A DNA stretch of 38,705 nucleotides. Origin: Myxococcales bacterium (lineage in GTDB: Bacteria > Myxococcota_A > Polyangia > Polyangiales > Polyangiaceae). The DNA lies in NCBI GenBank assembly GCA_043747615.1, contig JAYTOU010000102.1, positions 1 to 38,705 on the forward strand. The letters run 5' to 3'. Shown here piece after piece: positions 26,432 through 36,409 of the stretch. A program made the translations under genes and the position numbers. How positions within the stretch are numbered: position 1 is the first letter of the stretch; each line of letters opens with the position of its first letter. The notes under the pieces are model-generated. The model ran no database searches. It was not told the origin of the DNA and saw only the letters and a program-made list of their open reading frames with translations.

Positions 26432-28261
26432 CTACGGATCCCACACGCCGACGAAAGCGCGGCCGCCGCGGATGCACGCCACGCGCAGGGCGTCGTCGCT
26501 CACGGTGCAATCGCGGAGCTCGCCGTAGCCGCCGTCGAGCTCTTTCGCCCGAAGAATACGGCTCTTTGCGCCGCGAACCACGATTCCGATCGACGTCGGG
26601 AAGGCCACGCTCTTTCCGTTCGGTGAGCGCGGGGAGCCGGGCTGGCCCACCTGATCGAGAAAGGTCGCCAGGGCGGTCGCGCGCGAAAGATCAGGCGCGA
26701 TGAGCACTGGCTCGCCGGCCACGATCACTTCGAGACCGCTCGGACCCCAGGCAAGCGGGATGGCCCGCGCGGCTTCACCCTTCGCCGACGTGCAGCGCGC
26801 GCTGAAGGCTGGGACGATGGGAAGCGCCACGTCGCGCGGATCGGCATCCCCCGTCGGCGCGAAGGTGGCGTGAAGGGCGAGCCCGTCGCACGCGCTGTAC
26901 GCTTCGATGAAGCGCATCGCGCCGTCCGGAGCAATTACCTGCGTCTTCCAGGTGGAAACGTCGGCTTCGTTCTCGTCTCCGAGCTGCGGGTCGACGCGCA
27001 CCACACCAGCAAGAGTCCGCACGAGGAGCTTGCCCGACGCATCGAAAGCGAGCGCTCCCCAGGAAGGCTGGCGCCCGCGATCGATCTGCGGAATCGCCGA
27101 CACGGCACGCAGGACGGCGGACGAAGATACGGGCGCGGCTTGGGTGATCCACGTCTGAGGATCGGGGACGCGGGGGTTCTTCGAGGTGTGAAGACGCCGA
27201 GCAACGTCGAGGGCCGACGCGGCGCGAATGACGTCCCCCATGCTCGCGTACGCGCGCACTTCGGCGAGGGCAGCTTCCTCGAGGGCCGAGCTCGCACCGC
27301 ACGAAATCGGGCCATTCCCTAGGGCGCGCGTGATCCGCGGCGAGCCACCTTCCGCACAGATGGCTCCATAGAGCGCGCGCAGCTGACGCACGTAGAGCGG
27401 AACGAGAGGCGCATCTTTCGGTCGTGCGGCGCGCGCAGCCGCAATACTGGCGAGCGCGCGCAGAGACGCATCGGGCTCGTCGGGATCGCGGCTCATTCCA
27501 GCCGAGCGATCGAACCATCGCACGACCGCGCTCGCTTTCGGCGCTGGCTCGAACGGCGCCTGCCCCCCCTCGAGGCTCACGCGCAGCGTCACGTCGTCGA
27601 GCCCATCACCATCGCGATCGGATCCATCGGCCTCGATCGAGAGCGTCGGAGCACCCGGCGGATCGAGGATGATCGTGCTGAAGCGCACGTGAGGCGCCGG
27701 TCCATCCAGCGAGATGATCCCAAGCCAGCGCGAAGGATCTTTTGCTCCATGTCCCGCGCATCCGAAGCCGAGCTCCACGAGAGCCGAGCGTTTTCCGACG
27801 AGGCCGAGTCGCTGGCTCGGCGAGCACGTAGGGTCGGCGTTCACCGGTGCACCGGGCGTGTCGACGGAGCGAGCAGGCCCCAAACCCCCTTGATTTCCCT
27901 TGTAGACGACGATCTGCGCCGCCTCGCCGCCGGCCGTCGAGCGAACGAGAGCAAGCGCGTCTTTCACGCCGTCGCCATCGAAGTCGCGCACGAGACCGAT
28001 CACGAAGATCCGCTCTCGAGGGGCGACGAGGGTCACGCCTTCGAGCGACCACTGCGAGAGGTTGGGAGGCGCGATGACTCCCGGCTGCTCTGCGAAGGAG
28101 AGCCCAGCATCGATCACCAGATCGCTCACGGCTAGGGCCGCATCGACGGCCGCGCCTCCCTCGCCGACCGCGTACGGGACGTAGGGATGATCGTGTCCGC
28201 ACGCTTTCGAGCATCCGGCCAAGCCTCCGAAGAGAAGGATGGCTGTGAGCGCGCTACGCAT
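26432..28261 (-). CDS. Large hypothetical lipoprotein with DxDGDG Ca-binding-like motifs
   Basis: ATG 28261, MRSALTAILLFGGLAGC; DFDGDGVKD and DRDGDGLDD; beta-rich C-terminal part. Confidence 0.8.
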   Translation of the reverse strand: MRSALTAILLFGGLAGCSKACGHDHPYVPYAVGEGGAAVDAALAVSDLVIDAGLSFAEQPGVIAPPNLSQWSLEGVTLVAPRERIFVIGLVRDFDGDGVKDALALVRSTAGGEAAQIVVYKGNQGGLGPARSVDTPGAPVNADPTCSPSQRLGLVGKRSALVELGFGCAGHGAKDPSRWLGIISLDGPAPHVRFSTIILDPPGAPTLSIEADGSDRDGDGLDDVTLRVSLEGGQAPFEPAPKASAVVRWFDRSAGMSRDPDEPDASLRALASIAAARAARPKDAPLVPLYVRQLRALYGAICAEGGSPRITRALGNGPISCGASSALEEAALAEVRAYASMGDVIRAASALDVARRLHTSKNPRVPDPQTWITQAAPVSSSAVLRAVSAIPQIDRGRQPSWGALAFDASGKLLVRTLAGVVRVDPQLGDENEADVSTWKTQVIAPDGAMRFIEAYSACDGLALHATFAPTGDADPRDVALPIVPAFSARCTSAKGEAARAIPLAWGPSGLEVIVAGEPVLIAPDLSRATALATFLDQVGQPGSPRSPNGKSVAFPTSIGIVVRGAKSRILRAKELDGGYGELRDCTVSDDALRVACIRGGRAFVGVWDP

Positions 28262-28350
28262 CGTGCGTTCGTCTAACACGGCGACCTTGGTGCATGCGAG
28301 GTTCGGATGGACAACGCTCGGGGCGCGTGTGAGCCTTCCCGCCTTCGTAC

Positions 28351-29439
28351 GTGCGCTCCCTCGTCGTCATCCTCTGCGTTCTTTTCGCCGCTCTTCTCGT
28401 GGCCGGTGGGGCCCGCGCGGACGGAGCAGAGGACGTGCGCGACGGGATGGCCGCCAAGGCATCGGGCGATCGCGCGCTGGCGCGACCGTCACTAGAAAAA
28501 GCGGCGGCGTCGGAGGACGTCGATGCGTCGGCGCAAGCCACGTATTTCCTCGCAGAGATGGACGACGAGGATCTCTTGTTCGCGCGCGCGCTCGAGCGCT
28601 ACCGTGCATCGGTGTTGCGCTCTCCGTCGCACCGATATGCGCCGCGAGCCATGACCCGCGCCGATCTCTTGCGGCGTCATGCGGAAGGAGACTTCGCCCC
28701 CTACGTGAGGCTCGAACAGGTGCGTCGTGATCCGGCGCTGGCCAATGCGCCGGAAGCGATCGATGCGCTCGCGCGCGACGCAGAGTCGTTTCCCCCTGGG
28801 CTGGTCCGCGTGGAGGCGCGCACGGTGGTTGCCGAGGCGTATCTCGGACGTATGCACCGACGCACGGACGGGATCACCGTCCTGCGCAAGGTAGTAAACG
28901 ATCCGGCTGCCGATCCGCTGACCGTTCGTCAGGCCTCGCGCGAGCTCGTCGACGCTCTCGTCGCCGAGGGTGATCTGGCTGGCGCGGCCGAAGCGGCTCA
29001 CGCGGGAGACCCGAAACTTGCTCGCGACGTGAGGACGCTCGTGCGTCGCAGAAACATGCACGTGGGCGCGATCTCGGCGCTGTCGGTGTTTGCGATTCTC
29101 GCCGTAGGTGTCGTCGCGCGCGCGCGATCGCGGCTCCCTGTCGTGGGCCTCGCGGTCCGCTCGTGGACGAAGATCGCGCTCCCGTTCGTCGCATGGATGA
29201 CCATCGTCGGCGGAATGCTGGCGTCTCAGTACGAGCGCGGCCGCGCCCTCCCCTTCGTCTTGCTCGGAGCCGCGGTCTTCGTGCTCACCGTCCTCGCGCG
29301 CGCGTGGGGTGCGGCGGGATCGAGAGCGCCGGTTGCAAAAGCGGTGCGCGCCGTTCTCTCGGCCGCAAGCGTGGTCGCGGCGGCGTTCTTGGTGCTCGAG
29401 TCGCTCGACACGGGCTATTTGGAAGGATTCGGCTTGTGA
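28351..29439 (+). CDS. Exported helical-repeat (TPR-like) protein with about 4 C-terminal TM helices
   Basis: Signal peptide MRSLVVILCVLFAALLVAGGARA; helical repeats; four hydrophobic segments at the C-terminus. Confidence 0.8.
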   Translation: MRSLVVILCVLFAALLVAGGARADGAEDVRDGMAAKASGDRALARPSLEKAAASEDVDASAQATYFLAEMDDEDLLFARALERYRASVLRSPSHRYAPRAMTRADLLRRHAEGDFAPYVRLEQVRRDPALANAPEAIDALARDAESFPPGLVRVEARTVVAEAYLGRMHRRTDGITVLRKVVNDPAADPLTVRQASRELVDALVAEGDLAGAAEAAHAGDPKLARDVRTLVRRRNMHVGAISALSVFAILAVGVVARARSRLPVVGLAVRSWTKIALPFVAWMTIVGGMLASQYERGRALPFVLLGAAVFVLTVLARAWGAAGSRAPVAKAVRAVLSAASVVAAAFLVLESLDTGYLEGFGL

Positions 29440-29690
29440 GGACCAAAGAGACTGAAACCAAGGCTAAAATCGATCCAAAGCACGTGCGCGTCGTCCGCAT
29501 CGGACACGGAGCAAACTGTTCGAGCGTGGGCAGCGTGATCGATACGCTCTTCGCGAGCGCGGTCGTCGGAGGCGCTATCTTCACGGCCATCGCTGCCGCG
29601 ATCGGGTCGGAGAAGGTCACCATCGTCGGCGCGACCCCAGACAAGCCGACGTCGGGCGAGCCCGACATTGACGAAGACAGGGTTCCATGA
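29436..29690 (+). CDS. 84-aa membrane-anchored protein with an RIGHGANCSS motif; candidate radical SAM substrate
   Basis: 3' part of ORF 29163..29690; GTG 29436 overlaps the upstream stop (GTGA) and its TGA overlaps the rSAM ATG (ATGA). Confidence 0.75.
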   Translation: MRTKETETKAKIDPKHVRVVRIGHGANCSSVGSVIDTLFASAVVGGAIFTAIAAAIGSEKVTIVGATPDKPTSGEPDIDEDRVP

Positions 29691-30871
29691 TCGTCCGCTA
29701 CGAGAGCTGGGGAGCGTGGGTGAAGATGGAGGGCGACGTCGAGACGCCGCTCGGGAAAAACGGGGCGCTCGCTGCGCTCGATCGCGAAGGAGTCCGCGCG
29801 CTTGGTCTCGACGGCGGCTCGGCCTGGACGGCGCCGCACCCGCCGAGCGCTCCCCTCGAGATCCATCTGGCAGTCACCAGCAAGTGCGCTGCGGGATGCG
29901 ACGGATGCTACCTCGACGCGCGGCCGGACGGCGCGCACGTGCCTCGCGAAGAGCTCGACGCCGCGATGGACGCCATGAAGAGCGCCGGAGTTTTCACCGT
30001 CGCGTTCGGCGGAGGCGAGCCGACCACGCGCGCCGATCTCGGTGAGCTCGCGGAGGCCGCACGCGCACGCGGAATCACGCCGGTGCTCACGACGAGCGGT
30101 ATCGGGCTTGGTCCCGGAAAAATCGCGAAGCTCGGCGCATTCGCCCAGGTAAACGTCAGCTACGACGGCGCGGGAGAAGGCTACGAGAGCGTGCGCGGCT
30201 TCGACGGACGAAGCGCGGCGGAGAGCGCCATCGCGCATCTCGCTGAAGCAAGGATCCGCGTCGGCATCAACGTCGTACTCACGCAAGGCAGCTTCGATGG
30301 CCTCGGAGAGACGCTCCTTCGCGCGCGAAGCCTCGGTGCACGAGAAGCGCAACTTCTGCGTTACAAACCTGCGGGCCGCGCCGCGACCCTCGACTACCTC
30401 GCGCGCCGACTCACCCCCGAGCAAGCGGCCTCCCTCGGGCCCACGCTTCGCCGCCTCACGCGCGAGCACGACGCTCTCGGCCCCGGATTTTCAATCCGCA
30501 TCGATTGCGCGCTAGTCCCATTCTTGTCGGCCGATCCCGAGCTCAGCGCGAAGCCGGAGATCCTCGCACGCTTTGGGATCTTCGGTTGCGAGGCGGGCGA
30601 TGCTCTCGCCTCCGTTCGCGCCGACGGGTACGTGTCGCCGTGCAGCTTTGCGTCGCCGACCACGCTTCGCGGAGCCGATCTCGCAGGCCACGCCGCGGAT
30701 CCCGAGCTCACACGCTGGCGCGCGCATCGGTTGGCCCCGGATGAACCATGTGCATCATGCACGCTTCGCCCGGTGTGCAAGGGAGGCTGCAAGGTGGTCT
30801 CGTCCTTCGTGGACCACGTGCATGGGCCGGATCCGGAGTGCCCGCGCGTGCGGGCGCATCGCCGCGTCTAG
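29687..30871 (+). CDS. Radical SAM/SPASM domain protein (PqqE/MftC-like subgroup)
   Basis: PSAPLEIHLAVTSKCAAGCDGC (CX3CX2C), FGGGEP, VSYDG; SPASM Cys in CEAG..DGYVSPC..CASC..CKGGC..DPEC. Confidence 0.95.
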   Translation: MIVRYESWGAWVKMEGDVETPLGKNGALAALDREGVRALGLDGGSAWTAPHPPSAPLEIHLAVTSKCAAGCDGCYLDARPDGAHVPREELDAAMDAMKSAGVFTVAFGGGEPTTRADLGELAEAARARGITPVLTTSGIGLGPGKIAKLGAFAQVNVSYDGAGEGYESVRGFDGRSAAESAIAHLAEARIRVGINVVLTQGSFDGLGETLLRARSLGAREAQLLRYKPAGRAATLDYLARRLTPEQAASLGPTLRRLTREHDALGPGFSIRIDCALVPFLSADPELSAKPEILARFGIFGCEAGDALASVRADGYVSPCSFASPTTLRGADLAGHAADPELTRWRAHRLAPDEPCASCTLRPVCKGGCKVVSSFVDHVHGPDPECPRVRAHRRV

Positions 30872-31794
30872 CTAGTCGACGAGACGCGTGCTTCTTCCAG
30901 CGCCTCACGCAAGGCTTCGTTCGTCGTACGCTTCGGAGCCCATCCGAGCGACTTGAGCTTCGCTGGGTCGCCGACGAGGCTCGGGATCTCCGCGGGTCGA
31001 AAGCGTGCCGGATCCACCGTGATGGTGGCTTCCGCGCCACTCAGCTTTACGAGCTCGTCCAGGATGCTTCGGATCGACCGACCCGTGCCGCTGCAGACAT
31101 TGTACGCCTCGCCCGGAGCGCCTCTGTCGAGCAGGATGCGGTAGGCGTCGACGACATCCATGACGTGAGAAAAATCCCTTACCGGCTCCAGGTTGCCTAC
31201 GGCGATCGCGCGCGAGGCGTTTTTCCCGATCGCCGTGAGTTGGCGCGCGAACGACGGCACGACGAAGTGCGGGGCCTGTCCTGCGCCGAGGTGATTGAAG
31301 GACCGCGCGCAGATCGCGGCGACTCCGTAGCTCCGATGGAACTGAAATCCCGCGAGCTCCGCCGAGGCCTTCGATGCGGCATAGGGGCTCGTCGGCAGGA
31401 GCGGCAATGCCTCACGTGCGCGTTCGCCGAATGGCACGGGGCCGTAGACTTCGCCCGAACCGATCACGAGGACGCGCGCATCGGGCGCCTTGACTCGAAC
31501 GGCATCGAGCACGTTGACGGTTCCCACGGTGTTCACGGCGAACGTCTTCGCCGGGGATTGATGGCTCTCGGCGACGGAGCTCGCGCCCGCGAGGTGCACG
31601 ATCCATTCGGGCTTGCTCGTCGAAACAGCGCGTGCGAGCCCTTCTCCGTTCAGGAGGTCGAGCGACCAGACCCCCGGAGATTCTGCGGCATCCGAGGGGC
31701 CGCGAACCTCGAAGACCTCGTCACCGTGGCTTCGAAATTCGTTGCAGAGGTGCCTCCCGACGAAGCCGTCCGCCCCGGTCACGAGGACGCGCAT
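30868..31794 (-). CDS. rmd: GDP-6-deoxy-D-lyxo-4-hexulose reductase (Rmd-like NAD-dependent SDR)
   Basis: MRVLVTGADGFVG (ATG 31794), HLAGASSV, GSGEVYG, SPYAASK, RSFNHLGAGQ, VGNLEPVRDF; directly after gmd. Confidence 0.8.
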   Translation of the reverse strand: MRVLVTGADGFVGRHLCNEFRSHGDEVFEVRGPSDAAESPGVWSLDLLNGEGLARAVSTSKPEWIVHLAGASSVAESHQSPAKTFAVNTVGTVNVLDAVRVKAPDARVLVIGSGEVYGPVPFGERAREALPLLPTSPYAASKASAELAGFQFHRSYGVAAICARSFNHLGAGQAPHFVVPSFARQLTAIGKNASRAIAVGNLEPVRDFSHVMDVVDAYRILLDRGAPGEAYNVCSGTGRSIRSILDELVKLSGAEATITVDPARFRPAEIPSLVGDPAKLKSLGWAPKRTTNEALREALEEARVSSTS

Positions 31795-31796
31795 CG

Positions 31797-33843
<2,047 letters not shown>

Positions 33844-33899
33844 CGCGCTTCCTCGTTATCGCGCCTCGCGCGAACCCGTGGCAAAGAAAAGCGCCCTTC

Positions 33900-36395
33900 G
33901 TGCAGACGTTACCCATCGATTCGCTCCTCCCCGAGATCGCGCAAACCCTCGAAAAGGAGCGCGTGCTCGTCCTCGAAGCGCCTCCCGGGGCGGGAAAAAC
34001 GACCCGCGTACCTCCAGCGATTCTTGAGGCGAGCCGAAGTGGACCGCCTGACAAACGTGAGGTCGTCGTGCTCGAACCGCGGCGGCTTGCGGCACGGATG
34101 GCAGCGCGGCGCGTGGCCGAAGAGCTCGGCGAGAACGTGGGCGATACCGTCGGCTACCAGGTGCGGTTCGAAGACGTCTCGAGCGCAAAGACACGCATTC
34201 GCTTCGTGACCGAGGCCATTCTCACGCGGAGGCTTCTCTCCGATCCGAATCTGGAAGGCGTGAGCGCGGTCGTCCTCGACGAGTTCCACGAGCGGCACCT
34301 TCACGGCGACGTGGCCCTCGCGCTCCTTCGCAGAATGAGAAAAACGGCGCGCCCCGATCTAAAGCTCGTCGTCATGTCGGCGACGCTCGACGCCAAGCCG
34401 GCCGCAGATTTCCTGGGCTGCCGCACGATTCGCTCCGAAGGTCGGCGCTTCGACGTGGCCATCGAGCACGCACCCGCAGACGACGCTCGCCCTCTTTCCT
34501 TGCAAGTGGCATCGGCGGTCCGCTCGATCGTGCACGCGGCTCCCGAGGGGGACGTGCTCGTGTTTCTTCCCGGCGCATCCGAGATCCGGCGCGCCCGTGA
34601 CGCTCTCGCCAAGCTCGCTGGAGAGCACGATTTCCTGGTGGTTCCGCTCCATGGTGATCTCAGCCCCGCCGATCAAGATCGTGCTGTTCGGCGCGCCGAC
34701 CGACGAAAGGTGATCCTCTCGACCAACGTCGCGGAGTCGTCGGTGACGATCGACGGTGTGGTGGCCGTCGTCGATGGAGGCCTTGCGCGGGTCGCTTCGT
34801 TCGATGCGTGGTCGGGCCTTCCGCGCCTCAAGGTTCAGAAGGTCAGCCGCGCCTCGTGCATTCAGCGGGCCGGTCGCGCGGGCCGCACGGCTCCCGGACG
34901 ATGCATTCGACTGTTTACGCGCGGTGATTTCGAGCGGAGGCCTGAGCACGATCTACCCGAGATTTTACGGCAAGATCTCGCGCAGCTCGTCCTAGAGCTC
35001 CACGCTGCCGGAGCAGCAGATGTGGAGTGGCTCGATGCACCTCCGGCAAAATCCGTCGCTGCGGCGATGGACCTTCTGACGAAGCTAGGGGCGATGGAAA
35101 AAGGTCAGGTCACCGACATCGGTCGCCGTCTCCTTCGCTTTCCGATCCACCCGCGGCAGGGGCGGATCCTCGTCGAAGCGGAGACGCGCGGGGTAGTCGA
35201 CGATGCCGCGGTGGTCGCCGCGATCCTCTCCGAACGCGATCTGCGTGCGTCCTCGAAAGCGCAGTTCGGCGAGCGCGGCGGGAGGCGCATGGATGCCACC
35301 GATCGCTCGGATCTCCTCTCGATGCGCGACCTCTTTCGTGAAGCGGAGCGCGCACGATTTTCCGACGGCGCCATGCGATCCATCGGCATCGACGCAGGCG
35401 GCGCCCTCGCCGTCGATCGCGCGCAGAAGCAGCTTCGAAGGATCGCGCGCAAAGGCTCGGGCGAAGGCTACGACGATGACCTCTTGATTTCGGTGCTCGC
35501 CGGCTATCCAGATCGCGTGGCCCGCCGCTTGCGTTTTGGAGCCCGTGCGCTCGCCGTCTCCGGAGGCATGAGCGCGGAGCTCGGCGAAGAGAGCGTGGTG
35601 CGCGACGCCGAATGGATGGTGGCCCTCGACGCCGACGACCAACGCGGAGCGACCGTCGTGCGCACAGCCAGCGAGATCAAGCCGGAGTGGCTGCTCGATC
35701 TTTTCGCCGACCGGATCATCGAGTCCAACACGATCACCTTTTCCAAGACCACGGAACGCGTCGAGGCCACGAGCAAGATGACCTACGAAGGGCTCATTCT
35801 GAACGAGTCCCCCGCCGGCGCCGCGTCCGAAGACGAGATCGCGCGTGTGCTCGCGTCTGCCGCCATCGAAGCCGGCGCTCACCGCTTCGCACCCGAAGAC
35901 GCCCTCGCTCGTTGGATCGCCCGCGCGCGTTTTGCGGCCGGCGTCGAGCCTGCTATCCCCGCCCCCAGCGACGAGTTCGTGCGCGAAACACTCCGGGGGA
36001 TGTGCGTGGGGCGGCGCAGCTTCGCCGAGCTGAAGGAAGCCTCGCTCATGCACGCGCTCGAGGCTGCGATGGGCAGCATGCATTCTGCACGCATTTCCGC
36101 ACTTGCTCCGGAGAGGACGACCCTCGCAGGCGGCCGAGGCGTGACCATCGTCTACGAGCTCGAGAAAACGCCTCACATCGCCTCGCGGCTCCAGGACTTC
36201 TTCGGCATGAAAGAGACGCCGCGGGTGGGGGGCGGCCGGGTGCCGCTCGTCATCCACCTCTTGGCCCCGAACAAGCGCGCAGTTCAGGTGACGAGCGATC
36301 TGGCGGGGTTCTGGGAGCGCCACTATCCGGCCATCCGCAAAGAGCTCGCGCGGAAATATCCGAAGCACGCTTGGCCCGAGAAGCCCGGGAGCTGA
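33900..36395 (+). CDS. hrpB: ATP-dependent helicase HrpB
   Basis: APPGAGKTT, LEPRRLAAR, DEFHER, MSATL, TNVAESSVTI, QRAGRAGR; C-terminal HLLAPN.R..QVTSDLAGFW..YPKHAWP. Confidence 0.97.
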   Translation: MQTLPIDSLLPEIAQTLEKERVLVLEAPPGAGKTTRVPPAILEASRSGPPDKREVVVLEPRRLAARMAARRVAEELGENVGDTVGYQVRFEDVSSAKTRIRFVTEAILTRRLLSDPNLEGVSAVVLDEFHERHLHGDVALALLRRMRKTARPDLKLVVMSATLDAKPAADFLGCRTIRSEGRRFDVAIEHAPADDARPLSLQVASAVRSIVHAAPEGDVLVFLPGASEIRRARDALAKLAGEHDFLVVPLHGDLSPADQDRAVRRADRRKVILSTNVAESSVTIDGVVAVVDGGLARVASFDAWSGLPRLKVQKVSRASCIQRAGRAGRTAPGRCIRLFTRGDFERRPEHDLPEILRQDLAQLVLELHAAGAADVEWLDAPPAKSVAAAMDLLTKLGAMEKGQVTDIGRRLLRFPIHPRQGRILVEAETRGVVDDAAVVAAILSERDLRASSKAQFGERGGRRMDATDRSDLLSMRDLFREAERARFSDGAMRSIGIDAGGALAVDRAQKQLRRIARKGSGEGYDDDLLISVLAGYPDRVARRLRFGARALAVSGGMSAELGEESVVRDAEWMVALDADDQRGATVVRTASEIKPEWLLDLFADRIIESNTITFSKTTERVEATSKMTYEGLILNESPAGAASEDEIARVLASAAIEAGAHRFAPEDALARWIARARFAAGVEPAIPAPSDEFVRETLRGMCVGRRSFAELKEASLMHALEAAMGSMHSARISALAPERTTLAGGRGVTIVYELEKTPHIASRLQDFFGMKETPRVGGGRVPLVIHLLAPNKRAVQVTSDLAGFWERHYPAIRKELARKYPKHAWPEKPGS

Positions 36396-36409
36396 TAAAA
36401 CGGTAGGCC

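Noticed and set aside
29687..30871. Calling the radical SAM protein PqqE or MftC
   Set aside because: No pqqA-D or mftA/B/D/E/F genes, and the adjacent small protein lacks the EXXXY and IDGXCGVY cores.
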